Shown here: piece by piece, positions 36,733-45,166 of the stretch
Layout: each line of letters opens with the position of its first letter
Position numbering within the stretch: position 1 is the stretch's first letter
Sequence record: NC_071015.1
Reading direction: 5' to 3' (one strand)
Length of the DNA: 64,000 nt
The notes under the pieces: generated by a model
The model's database searches: none
The model's input: only the letters and a program-made list of their open reading frames with translations
What the model was told of the DNA's origin: nothing
Translations under genes and position numbers: made by a program

Positions 36733-37745
36733 TATCGATGTCCTTTGCGTTGCTTGGCAGCCGGCCATTGACACTTGCCGTTGTCAATGATTTTCTGGCG
36801 ACCATTGGTCCGCACCGTTGGAGTAACCTCTTTAGGTTGCTCTTCAAAAGTACGTGAGTATTCAGCATGAATATCACTTGTTAGTAACCCGGTACTGATG
36901 GCAAACAAAGTTTTGCCTGTTGGGAGGTGACCTGGACGGCCTTTAAGAATATCAAAGCGTGATATCTCCGTTCCATTGGTCAAACTACCGTCGAACAGAA
37001 ACTCGTAATCGGTTGCCAGTGCTGCGATTTTAGCAGCAACACTCTTATCGCTTCCGCCAACAAAACAAACCCCTTTAACCTCTTTAGGATCCCAGGGAGC
37101 GGTTTGTTTATAATCTAAAAACAGAATGCCTTTAAGTTTCTTTGAATAGCGCCAGTGATAAGGATGGGAACCGTTAACCACGATTCCGCGCTCACATGCT
37201 TCTTGTATGGTGAGAAGGTCTTTATCCATATACAGATGAACAGTGTATTCAAATGAGTACGGGTTTTCAATTTGCTCGAACTGAGAGTTCTTAATGAACT
37301 CCAAATCCTTCAACCATTTGGCATAACCTTCCCCCATGCGGATTAACTTCTTCAAGTCCCCAGCATGAAAAATATAGAGAGACGGGTAATTGGCACGGAT
37401 CTGTTCAATTTCCCAACCGTACGGAACAGAGTCGATAAACTTCTGATCATGCGGAGGACAAACTTTCTGAAAGGTCCCAAAGGTATATTCGCCCTTCATG
37501 GTTAATTTGGACCCATCTTCGTACCCAATTTCCAGTTCAGGCTCGGGATGATCGCCTCGTATTTGTTGATTGATCGTTTCGACACTATTATCCCAGGTAG
37601 AACCGTAAATAGCATCAAGTATCGCTATTGCCCGAGGAGTTAATATGTAGCTATCCTGATCAACCACAATTGTCTCTTTTATGATCGCTGCTTTCACTTC
37701 ATCAGGCAGGTTGAATTTGTTAATCATGTCTTTGGCAACTTTCAT
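36732..37745 (-). CDS. Hypothetical protein (337 aa)
   Basis: Long ORF; tiles. Confidence 0.78.
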   Translation of the reverse strand: MKVAKDMINKFNLPDEVKAAIIKETIVVDQDSYILTPRAIAILDAIYGSTWDNSVETINQQIRGDHPEPELEIGYEDGSKLTMKGEYTFGTFQKVCPPHDQKFIDSVPYGWEIEQIRANYPSLYIFHAGDLKKLIRMGEGYAKWLKDLEFIKNSQFEQIENPYSFEYTVHLYMDKDLLTIQEACERGIVVNGSHPYHWRYSKKLKGILFLDYKQTAPWDPKEVKGVCFVGGSDKSVAAKIAALATDYEFLFDGSLTNGTEISRFDILKGRPGHLPTGKTLFAISTGLLTSDIHAEYSRTFEEQPKEVTPTVRTNGRQKIIDNGKCQWPAAKQRKGHR

Positions 37746-37808
37746 GGGGTATTCTCTCTATGTAAGGGTTAAAACGACGGGCCTAAATTACGATAAACAG
37801 CAAAAGAG

Positions 37809-37832
37809 GAGAGTGGGGAATTCCCCACTCTC
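37809..37832 (-). terminator. Intrinsic terminator
   Basis: GAGAGTGGGG-AATT-CCCCACTCTC with an AAAA flank. Confidence 0.7.
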
Positions 37833-37837
37833 TAAGA

Positions 37838-38506
37838 TTAGCTCAGTACAACAGTTGGACCACGGTGAATTTCTACCGAATACGTTTTGCAGGTCCCGTG
37901 AGTCAGGATCTCACTTTTAACGTGCTCAAACGTTTCTCGAGAAATTGAGGCCGTATCATTTTTACCATGATTCGAAGCGCGTGCTTTGAAATCGTAGCAG
38001 AAACGATCGATCTCATCTTTATACAGTTCGGCAAACTTATAGGCTGCCTGATGATCGCCAGTGAGTTCGAAGTTATGGTCGTAAATACCAACCCACAGGG
38101 CAACGCGGATTTGGTGCCATTCGAAACGGGCGTTCAGTTTACCGGTCTCCAGTATTGCAGGCCAGCAACCATTGACTTCAGCGAGTTTAACCATGAGTTT
38201 GTCACGGAACTTGTCCATGGTCATTCCAGGCATGGTTAAAACTTCTGCCAGTCCTGCCATACGAAAGCGGACAATGACTTCGGGAAGCATGTCCGGGTAG
38301 ACCGCTTTAATGGCATCAGTTATCGTACACGGTAAATTTTCACCACCGACCAAACGAACCAGACGGGGAGAGCGAGGTGTTGATTGGGTGTTCACTAGCA
38401 TTTCCTTAATGAAATCTGAGAACGGCTCAGTGTGCATAGCCAAAGCCTCTTTCTCTGTCGGATACGTCGGACGAGAAGAGACAGGTTTATTAGCGCGGGT
38501 TAACAT
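37838..38506 (-). CDS. Hypothetical protein (222 aa)
   Basis: AGGA upstream, within a hairpin; tiles. Confidence 0.72.
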   Translation of the reverse strand: MLTRANKPVSSRPTYPTEKEALAMHTEPFSDFIKEMLVNTQSTPRSPRLVRLVGGENLPCTITDAIKAVYPDMLPEVIVRFRMAGLAEVLTMPGMTMDKFRDKLMVKLAEVNGCWPAILETGKLNARFEWHQIRVALWVGIYDHNFELTGDHQAAYKFAELYKDEIDRFCYDFKARASNHGKNDTASISRETFEHVKSEILTHGTCKTYSVEIHRGPTVVLS

Positions 38507-38566
38507 GGTAAGATTATCCTATTGTGGTAGATCAAACGATAGGATAACCTTTTATTTGGTACTAAG

Positions 38567-38890
38567 TTACTTATTCAGCTGAGATTTGAATTTCAGGTAC
38601 AAATCCGATAACGGGATGTCGTCGGGAAAGTCCGATTCAGGGAACATTAAAATGGCAACCCCTAACAACTTAAGACGGACCCGTTCTACGAACGCTTCAC
38701 GGGGAAGCGTTAGTGTGCCTTCCTTAATAAGGGTGTTTTGAATAAACCCAAACACTTTCGGATCGTAGTCAGGAAACTCACGCAGTAACCGGGTTTGCAT
38801 TGCTGCCGATTCCAAACCTGAGCGTTTAACATTTACTGTAAGTTTTCCACCGACCTTTTGTCCTCGGATATTTCCAATGATTCCTTTCAT
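38567..38890 (-). CDS. Hypothetical protein (~107 aa)
   Basis: Start re-called at MKGIIG (AAGG upstream), 1 nt after the previous stop. Confidence 0.65.
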   Translation of the reverse strand: MKGIIGNIRGQKVGGKLTVNVKRSGLESAAMQTRLLREFPDYDPKVFGFIQNTLIKEGTLTLPREAFVERVRLKLLGVAILMFPESDFPDDIPLSDLYLKFKSQLNK

Positions 38891-38891
38891 A

Positions 38892-39821
38892 TCAATACCT
38901 TGGTTGAAATGCATGCACCGTTTGTGGGTGGACGAGTGGGTTCTTCATAAAGTTAGACGCTTCCAAGACATCTAACGTAAGCATCTGTGCGTTTTTCGGA
39001 CCACGCAATGCGTTATGAATCACTTGTTTATCTGACTCACTTAAATTTTCATCGGCAGTTTGTGCACTTCCCCAGTGACCGCCTACCGACTTGTCGTTTT
39101 CCATGCGCTGTTTTATCTGACGACGTAACGCTTCTTCATCGTTATTCCAGCGGGTCAAATACCAACCAAATAACGGGAGGTATTTATTGGGTGTCATCCC
39201 AACCTCGGCTAAGAACTTAATCATTTCCTGAGCACGGGAATCTCGTGCCGTGATATCCAGGAACCGCGCAGCCCAATGGATGGACATGACGGTTTCGTTA
39301 TAGGAAAGAAACTCAACGTCTTCTTCAATCCAAAATCCCGGTACATCCACATACCGCTGGAGACTTTCAAGAGTTGGGATGCTCTCGTCTTTGTCTACAA
39401 CCAGACCTTCCGTAATGAAAAGAATGATCTTCTTCTCCTCACTGCGTTTATTTCGGTACGCTTGAATGCGGACAGGAAGAATCTGTTTGCCTTCTGGAAG
39501 GTTATCTTCCCACACAAACCCATCCTTCTCACCACACCACACCGGGAAATGCGGGCCGAAGTATTCGATATCCCGTGCGACACGCCAACCGCCTGACATC
39601 GAACGACGCGGACCTTCACCATCCGGCAGTGCTTTGATGTGGGTAACGTCAGCATCTTCAATCCACTGACTTTGTTCGTTACACCAGGCGCCGCCATTCG
39701 GAATGGCAAGCATCTCTTTACCTTCTTTAGTACGGATCATGTACGGGTTCTTAAAACGATGACCATTGAAAGGAACCCAAACATTGCAAACAAACGGAGA
39801 GTGGTTAAAGTATTTATTCAT
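38892..39821 (-). CDS. Hypothetical protein (309 aa)
   Basis: Long Trp-rich ORF; tiles. Confidence 0.75.
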   Translation of the reverse strand: MNKYFNHSPFVCNVWVPFNGHRFKNPYMIRTKEGKEMLAIPNGGAWCNEQSQWIEDADVTHIKALPDGEGPRRSMSGGWRVARDIEYFGPHFPVWCGEKDGFVWEDNLPEGKQILPVRIQAYRNKRSEEKKIILFITEGLVVDKDESIPTLESLQRYVDVPGFWIEEDVEFLSYNETVMSIHWAARFLDITARDSRAQEMIKFLAEVGMTPNKYLPLFGWYLTRWNNDEEALRRQIKQRMENDKSVGGHWGSAQTADENLSESDKQVIHNALRGPKNAQMLTLDVLEASNFMKNPLVHPQTVHAFQPRY

Positions 39822-39893
39822 GATGATCTCAGAATTTGGTTGGAAAAAGAATAAATAAAGCTAGAGCCAGGTTAACCCCAGCTCTAGAATGAA

Positions 39894-40247
39894 TTAGTGA
39901 AGAGGACGACTGGAGAGTTTAGTCCGCGCCGAAGCAACTTTACGATCTACCCGCAGACCTGGGTAAATGTCTTCCATGTCGACTTCCACATCATGGTGAC
40001 CTTTGCCGTCATGGGTAATGATCAGACGGTATTTGATGTTCATGCGGGTGGCGGCTTCCAGCACGGCATCGAAACTGATTCCATGGGTATTGTTGTTTTT
40101 CAACTTGTAAATAATGTTGACGCCCATACCGATACGTTCAGCCAAAGCTCGACCTGTTGTGAAGCGGAGTTTGTTGTTAACAATAAATGACAGACGGGAG
40201 ATCAGGTGAGTTTTAGCAACAGTCACAGAACGATGGGTATATTTCAT
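39894..40247 (-). CDS. XRE/Cro-like helix-turn-helix DNA-binding protein
   Basis: TGRALAERIGMGVNIIYKLKNNNTHGISFDAVLEAATRMNI fits the Cro/C1 HTH pattern; GAGGA upstream. Confidence 0.65.
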   Translation of the reverse strand: MKYTHRSVTVAKTHLISRLSFIVNNKLRFTTGRALAERIGMGVNIIYKLKNNNTHGISFDAVLEAATRMNIKYRLIITHDGKGHHDVEVDMEDIYPGLRVDRKVASARTKLSSRPLH

Positions 40248-40292
40248 TGGATATTTCCTCTAAGGTTAATGATAAGTATTATTGCCTACACA

Positions 40293-40302
40293 TAGATAAT
40301 AT
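40293..40302 (-). promoter_or_regulatory. Putative phage promoter core (ATATTATCTA on minus strand)
   Basis: TAGATAATAT, 45 bp upstream of the HTH gene. Confidence 0.5.
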
Positions 40303-40326
40303 CTGTTTGATTCTGATTGGAGTAAT

Positions 40327-40377
40327 AAAAAAAAACAAGATATAGACCACTGAGTATCTCCGCAAGGAGATACTCAG
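40327..40377 (-). terminator. Intrinsic terminator
   Basis: CTGAGTATCTCC-GCAA-GGAGATACTCAG (40350-40377), 12-bp stem; A-run at 40327-40335. Confidence 0.75.
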
Positions 40378-40384
40378 CAATCCA

Positions 40385-41725
40385 TTATGCCAGACAGAAC
40401 ATCGAACGCAACCAGCTAAAGAAACCACGCTTAGGTTCAACAACTTCAACTTTAACTGCGTCTTCTTCTTTCAGACTGTCAATCTGAAGTTCAGAGATGT
40501 TGTAAATTGAATCAAAGATATAGATGCTATCTTTAACATGCCGCTCCAGGTTGAACATCACATCGAACATGCCGGTGCCATTAAAGATCAGTCGGACACC
40601 GTTCATGATCGGGTTGTCAATACTCAGCCCATCCAGATCACTTTGGGAATATCCGTTCTGTTTAAACCCTAACGCCAATGCCGTCGCTGTTTCAGCGTGA
40701 CCATTAAAGAGCGCATCTTGCATTGTTTCAAAAGACCCCACGACCCACATGTTGTGGTTAGGAACTTTCTCACGTAAGCGATAGGTATTCAGCCCAATCA
40801 CTAAGGTGCTTAGCGGAACTCCAATTTCAGTAATGATATCCGGAGTTGTGCTGTGGTCATTACGGCATACCGAAATCGTAATTAACGTTTCACCGTTAAC
40901 TTTGTTGATCATCCCGGTCATGGTGTACCGGCATAGATCAAACGCCAGATGAACATCTTTATAGTCGAACAGTGGGGTGTTATAGCAAGCAATGGTTTTA
41001 ACCAGGTTATCCAGCAGATGGAACTGATCAAACTCACGACGGTTTACCGGAATCTTATTAATGATCGCTTTGACCGTTTCATATTCTTCCTGATACCGCG
41101 GTAACGTTTTAGACAGATCCAACGATTTAACTGACGTACCGAACTTTCCTTTATGGATAAGATCTGTGTCTTTAAACACGATGATCGTAGATTGGAGCTG
41201 GCTGTGACGAAGACCCTGATGTTCACCTTCCACCAATGTCAGTCCTGGTATGGTTACAGTAGCTACCGTAACGTTATCCAGCGTATGTGGAAGCGTAATC
41301 GGGTTAGCTGATCCACTGCGCTCCCAGTTATAGAAACGCTTCATAATGGCAGCATGAATGCGACCACCCAATTTACCTACTTCTTCCCAGCCACCCATGG
41401 CTTCGGCAAATGTCTCATCGGCATCTTCGAAATAATTACCGATGAAATAACTTTGCTCTTTTGTCCAGCTATAACCAAGAAGATCGAATTCTGCTGCTGC
41501 GCGTTTCACATCACCAAGAAAATAAGTATCATCGCTGGGCAGGATCTTAAACTTGTCACTGGCAACCAGTTGGATGTTGAGACCTTCAGCTGACGTATTT
41601 TTAGTGGTTTTCTGAAGACCTTCTACTTTGTTAATAATATCTTTTAATACCGAAGCGACGACCGAGATATTTTCAGTGGGGAGCACGGAAGAAATCCAGA
41701 CGCGAATATCAGCATTGCGAGCCAT
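40385..41725 (-). CDS. Hypothetical protein (~446 aa)
   Basis: Start re-called at MARNAD (AAGGA upstream). Confidence 0.78.
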   Translation of the reverse strand: MARNADIRVWISSVLPTENISVVASVLKDIINKVEGLQKTTKNTSAEGLNIQLVASDKFKILPSDDTYFLGDVKRAAAEFDLLGYSWTKEQSYFIGNYFEDADETFAEAMGGWEEVGKLGGRIHAAIMKRFYNWERSGSANPITLPHTLDNVTVATVTIPGLTLVEGEHQGLRHSQLQSTIIVFKDTDLIHKGKFGTSVKSLDLSKTLPRYQEEYETVKAIINKIPVNRREFDQFHLLDNLVKTIACYNTPLFDYKDVHLAFDLCRYTMTGMINKVNGETLITISVCRNDHSTTPDIITEIGVPLSTLVIGLNTYRLREKVPNHNMWVVGSFETMQDALFNGHAETATALALGFKQNGYSQSDLDGLSIDNPIMNGVRLIFNGTGMFDVMFNLERHVKDSIYIFDSIYNISELQIDSLKEEDAVKVEVVEPKRGFFSWLRSMFCLA

Positions 41726-41768
41726 ATGTGTTCCTTTTAAGACCGGCAACCGGTTGTAATAGTAAAAT

Positions 41769-41798
41769 AGGAATAGACGGGTTTCCCCATCTATTCCT
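41769..41798 (-). terminator. Intrinsic terminator
   Basis: AGGAATAGA.../...TCTATTCCT stem with a GGG/CCC core. Confidence 0.6.
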
Positions 41799-41808
41799 TA
41801 TCGGTGTT

Positions 41809-43482
41809 TTATTTAACAGATTGAAGAATCCACATTTCCAGGAATTTTGCTACCGGATACATGTGCAGTTCGTAAACACGCGAGATCTCATACAGATCAG
41901 AAGTACAAGTGTCCCATTCGCAGGCTGCGGCCAGTTCGCTAACTTCTTTAGAATCCACAATCGGATCAAAGAAGTCGCTGCTGTAGAAATCATCCCAGGA
42001 TGGTCCGACGTACGCTTTCTCACGTTGTTTTTCCAGATCACTGGCGGTGTCCAGCAGATTGGAGATAATCCCCACCACTACTTTCACCTGATCTTTATTC
42101 AGCACCGGCAGTTCTGATTTAACCATCGTTCTGTTGAACAGCGGTTCCAGATCAGACGGTTTGATTCTGGGCAGGGGTTCAGGTTTGATCGGAAGGTGTT
42201 TTCTCAGCTGCTCTTCAGCGTCATCAGCTTCGGCTTTACGTTCAAACTTGTTGAAAACGGCCAGACCTGCTTTCAGACGCGCCATCACATTAGGGAGATA
42301 CTCTTTCTGTTTCCCTTCAATGGTCTTGATGTACATTTCAAGGATCTTTTTAATCCCGTCCACGTCTTTCACATCGGCCATTGAGGTAGGAACCATGATC
42401 TTGGTCTTCCCAACATTAATGAACGTTTGCTGGTTCATCCACTTGTCAGTGGAATACACTTTAACAGCATCGTTCGCCTGGAACAGCCATTTCTGAATTT
42501 TGGCAAGATGTTCTTTCTTAGGTTGCCCTTTGAGTTTCTCACCAATGGCTGTAAACGCGTTTTTCAGGGAATCCAGAAAACCTTCCATCCCGGCCAGCGT
42601 CGGTTCGATGTCTACTTCGTAGCGCGCTTTGATATCACCGGCTGCGTTAACAAACACTGCCCCGTTATCTTCATAGCCTTCCATGCCGTCACGCTCAGAC
42701 GTTTGGCAAACTTCAACGACGCGTTCCAGTACCACGATATCGCCTTCCATTTCTAGGGCAGCAGCAACGTTTTCGTAATGGGTCGTTTCAGACGGCTCGT
42801 CATTAACTTCCGGGCCCGGACCAGGACCTGGCTCAGGGTTATCTTCAGAAGCCTCTGAGAGAGGTTGTAAGCCTGTTTCACTTACAACTGCCACTGGGTT
42901 ACCTTCTGCATCAGATACCACGTCACCGATCGATTCAGTGCCGTTAATGATAGCGGTTGGATAACGCTCAGCATTCAGGATGGTTTTTAAATAATCCACG
43001 AGATATTCCCCTTCGGAAAGGATACCTTTATGGGGAGTTGGGTCGTTCTCGCAAGAACTGATGAAATCAACCCACTTCTCCTCCATCATGTTTACAAACG
43101 CTTCAGGAGAACCACGTCCTTTATAACGTTCGATGTAATCCGCTTTCAGCTCGATTTGCGGATACGCCAGGTAATAATCCACACCGGCTTCGCGCAGAGC
43201 TTCGCGAACATTGTCATGGCTGGAAACTAAAATAAGCACATTTTCGCACGTTGCCAACACGTTCTGGATATGTTTAATATAGTTGCCAGGAAAAGCTGAC
43301 TTGTCAAACTTGGAGCTGTCAGAGTCAAACACCGGAATGCCATTGGCTTTAGCGATGTGGAGTTCGTACTCTTGGGAGTAGTCATTGAACTCAACAAACG
43401 CCGGCTTTAACCCTAACTCATTTGCCCTTTTAAAGATCTCAGATTTTCCTGTACCAGGAAACGCCGACAAAACAAGTTTCAT
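41809..43482 (-). CDS. P-loop NTPase (nucleotide-kinase-like) domain fused to a probable virion internal head protein
   Basis: N-terminal Walker A AFPGTGKS and DSDSSKF; acidic Pro/Glu linker; DGMEG and AGMEG motifs resembling phiKZ-type prohead-protease sites; helical C-terminal domain. Confidence 0.72.
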   Translation of the reverse strand: MKLVLSAFPGTGKSEIFKRANELGLKPAFVEFNDYSQEYELHIAKANGIPVFDSDSSKFDKSAFPGNYIKHIQNVLATCENVLILVSSHDNVREALREAGVDYYLAYPQIELKADYIERYKGRGSPEAFVNMMEEKWVDFISSCENDPTPHKGILSEGEYLVDYLKTILNAERYPTAIINGTESIGDVVSDAEGNPVAVVSETGLQPLSEASEDNPEPGPGPGPEVNDEPSETTHYENVAAALEMEGDIVVLERVVEVCQTSERDGMEGYEDNGAVFVNAAGDIKARYEVDIEPTLAGMEGFLDSLKNAFTAIGEKLKGQPKKEHLAKIQKWLFQANDAVKVYSTDKWMNQQTFINVGKTKIMVPTSMADVKDVDGIKKILEMYIKTIEGKQKEYLPNVMARLKAGLAVFNKFERKAEADDAEEQLRKHLPIKPEPLPRIKPSDLEPLFNRTMVKSELPVLNKDQVKVVVGIISNLLDTASDLEKQREKAYVGPSWDDFYSSDFFDPIVDSKEVSELAAACEWDTCTSDLYEISRVYELHMYPVAKFLEMWILQSVK

Positions 43483-43535
43483 TGATGATGCCTCAATTTA
43501 GGTAACATAAAATGAAAAAAGAAAAGAAAGTAAAC

Positions 43536-43563
43536 AGCTTCTGCTACCGAAATAGCAGAAGCT
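43536..43563 (-). terminator. Intrinsic terminator after RNase H
   Basis: AGCTTCTGCTA-CCGAAA-TAGCAGAAGCT, 11-bp stem, with an A-rich flank. Confidence 0.72.
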
Positions 43564-43569
43564 TATTGG

Positions 43570-44052
43570 TTAATGCTTAGGAACGAAACCTTCATCGATT
43601 TCGTTTGGTGCAGCGGCTGCAGCTTTAGCGAGCACATCGCAGCGTTCATTATCCGGCACACCGGAGTGAGCGGGAACCTTAATGAATTCTACTTTGTGAA
43701 AGCGGGTCAGGGCGTGAAGACGTTTGAAGAGATCAGCATTCTTCACATCTTCAAATCCGCCAAATTGGGTTTTTCGTTTCCATCCATTCTTGATCCACCC
43801 AAAGACCCACTTTGTAGCACCGTCAATAGTGTATTGGCTATCGCTGTAAATCTTGATAATTGAACGTTCTTGTATTTCTGATAAGGCGTCAATGACGGCC
43901 AGTATCTCCATACGGTTGTTGGTGGTTTTAAAGAACCCTCTGCTCTTTTCAGCTTTGAGGTCACCATACGTGGCTACCCATGCCATGCCGCCCGGTCCAC
44001 CTTTTGAGGAATTGTCCAGACAACTTCCATCGGTATAAATATGCCACTCCAT
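43570..44052 (-). CDS. rnhA: Ribonuclease HI
   Basis: IYTDGSCL...GPGG, TTNNRMEILAV, IYSDSQY, WIKNGW, KNADL, VPAHSG, NERCDVLA; start re-called at MEWH (AAGGAGG 7 nt upstream). Confidence 0.96.
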   Translation of the reverse strand: MEWHIYTDGSCLDNSSKGGPGGMAWVATYGDLKAEKSRGFFKTTNNRMEILAVIDALSEIQERSIIKIYSDSQYTIDGATKWVFGWIKNGWKRKTQFGGFEDVKNADLFKRLHALTRFHKVEFIKVPAHSGVPDNERCDVLAKAAAAAPNEIDEGFVPKH

Positions 44053-44063
44053 ATGCACCCTCC

Positions 44064-44096
44064 TTAGGTGACTTGTGCGTTACAACCCATGATCAT
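44064..44096 (-). CDS. Possible 10-aa leader micro-ORF (MIMGCNAQVT) upstream of rnhA
   Basis: AGGAG 7 nt upstream of its ATG; its TAA overlaps the rnhA Shine-Dalgarno. Confidence 0.35.
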   Translation of the reverse strand: MIMGCNAQVT

Positions 44097-44180
44097 ATTC
44101 AATCTCCTATTCCAACGAAATTGATATCCTTATTATCGGATATCCCCTATTATAATAAGCGCAACGAAAATATAGGCAGG

Positions 44181-44801
44181 TTATTTAAATGCGTTAACCG
44201 CATCTTTATAGTTGAGGGGCAGTGCTGTTTTGGACATCAATGTGGCAGAACGATGCTTGTAAAGATCCTTGTTCAAACCAAAATTGACATTTTCGCAATG
44301 GATGATTGTCGCGTAATACCCGCTGCTCATAGAGTAGCTACGAGTGGCGCGGTAACGGTATTCACCCACATTAACAAACCAAACTTTTCCATCGGGCGTG
44401 TCCATCGGAATAGGTATTTGTTTATCCAAATAGACGTTAGGATCCTCTCCCAGGAACTTCAGGACATACTCCATGAATTCGGCGCTAGAGTGATATTTGG
44501 ACCACTCATTACCGAATGTTCCCAACTTTATCTGCTCCAGCATCTTTCGAGTCATGTAGACCAAAGAGTGTTCGGTATTATCATGTTCAGGGTCGATCAC
44601 TGACAAACTAAACGTAACACTTTCCTCAACAGAATCTTTCCTTAGATCCTGGTAACGAAAAGCAACTCCACACTGTTCTTTCTTGAACACTGGCCCGATT
44701 TGGATTTCTTCTTTCAAACGGCAGATCTGAATTTGATGTTCACCACGATTGAGTGTCCAACCGTTATTGCCATTTCGATTCAGTTCAAAGTGCTTGTCCA
44801 T
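44181..44801 (-). CDS. Hypothetical protein (206 aa)
   Basis: GGGGAG upstream; tiles. Confidence 0.72.
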   Translation of the reverse strand: MDKHFELNRNGNNGWTLNRGEHQIQICRLKEEIQIGPVFKKEQCGVAFRYQDLRKDSVEESVTFSLSVIDPEHDNTEHSLVYMTRKMLEQIKLGTFGNEWSKYHSSAEFMEYVLKFLGEDPNVYLDKQIPIPMDTPDGKVWFVNVGEYRYRATRSYSMSSGYYATIIHCENVNFGLNKDLYKHRSATLMSKTALPLNYKDAVNAFK

Positions 44802-44810
44802 CTGCTCCCC

Positions 44811-45128
44811 TTAGAACATTTTCTTAGCCAGATCTTCCTGGCGGCTCATCAGCTGACCATCCATCATCTTACCGAACGCGCCGTACACTGTGTTGACAGT
44901 TTGATGCATTTCGCTACTGATCAGCGACAGTCCGTATTTACCGATGAAGCGACGCGTGAATGCACCCACTGCTTGATCTTCCCCAAACAACTCAAAGGAA
45001 TGCGACTTCACATCAATCAGGAACACCTGATCTTGCACCCCTGCCTCGTTAATAAGAGTTTCCAGCGCTTCAGCGGGGATTTTCTTCATCCCGCCACGAA
45101 CCATATACACAAACTTAATCATATCCAC
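44811..45128 (-). CDS. Hypothetical protein (105 aa)
   Basis: GAGG upstream; tiles. Confidence 0.68.
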   Translation of the reverse strand: MDMIKFVYMVRGGMKKIPAEALETLINEAGVQDQVFLIDVKSHSFELFGEDQAVGAFTRRFIGKYGLSLISSEMHQTVNTVYGAFGKMMDGQLMSRQEDLAKKMF

Positions 45129-45166
45129 CTCTATAAAGGAAACCGGCCTTTGCAGACCGGTATAGG

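Noticed and set aside
37838-38890. Paralogy between 37838..38506 and 38567..38890 (YPDMLPEV vs FPDYDPKV)
   Set aside because: Similarity limited to a few residues; not supportable by eye.
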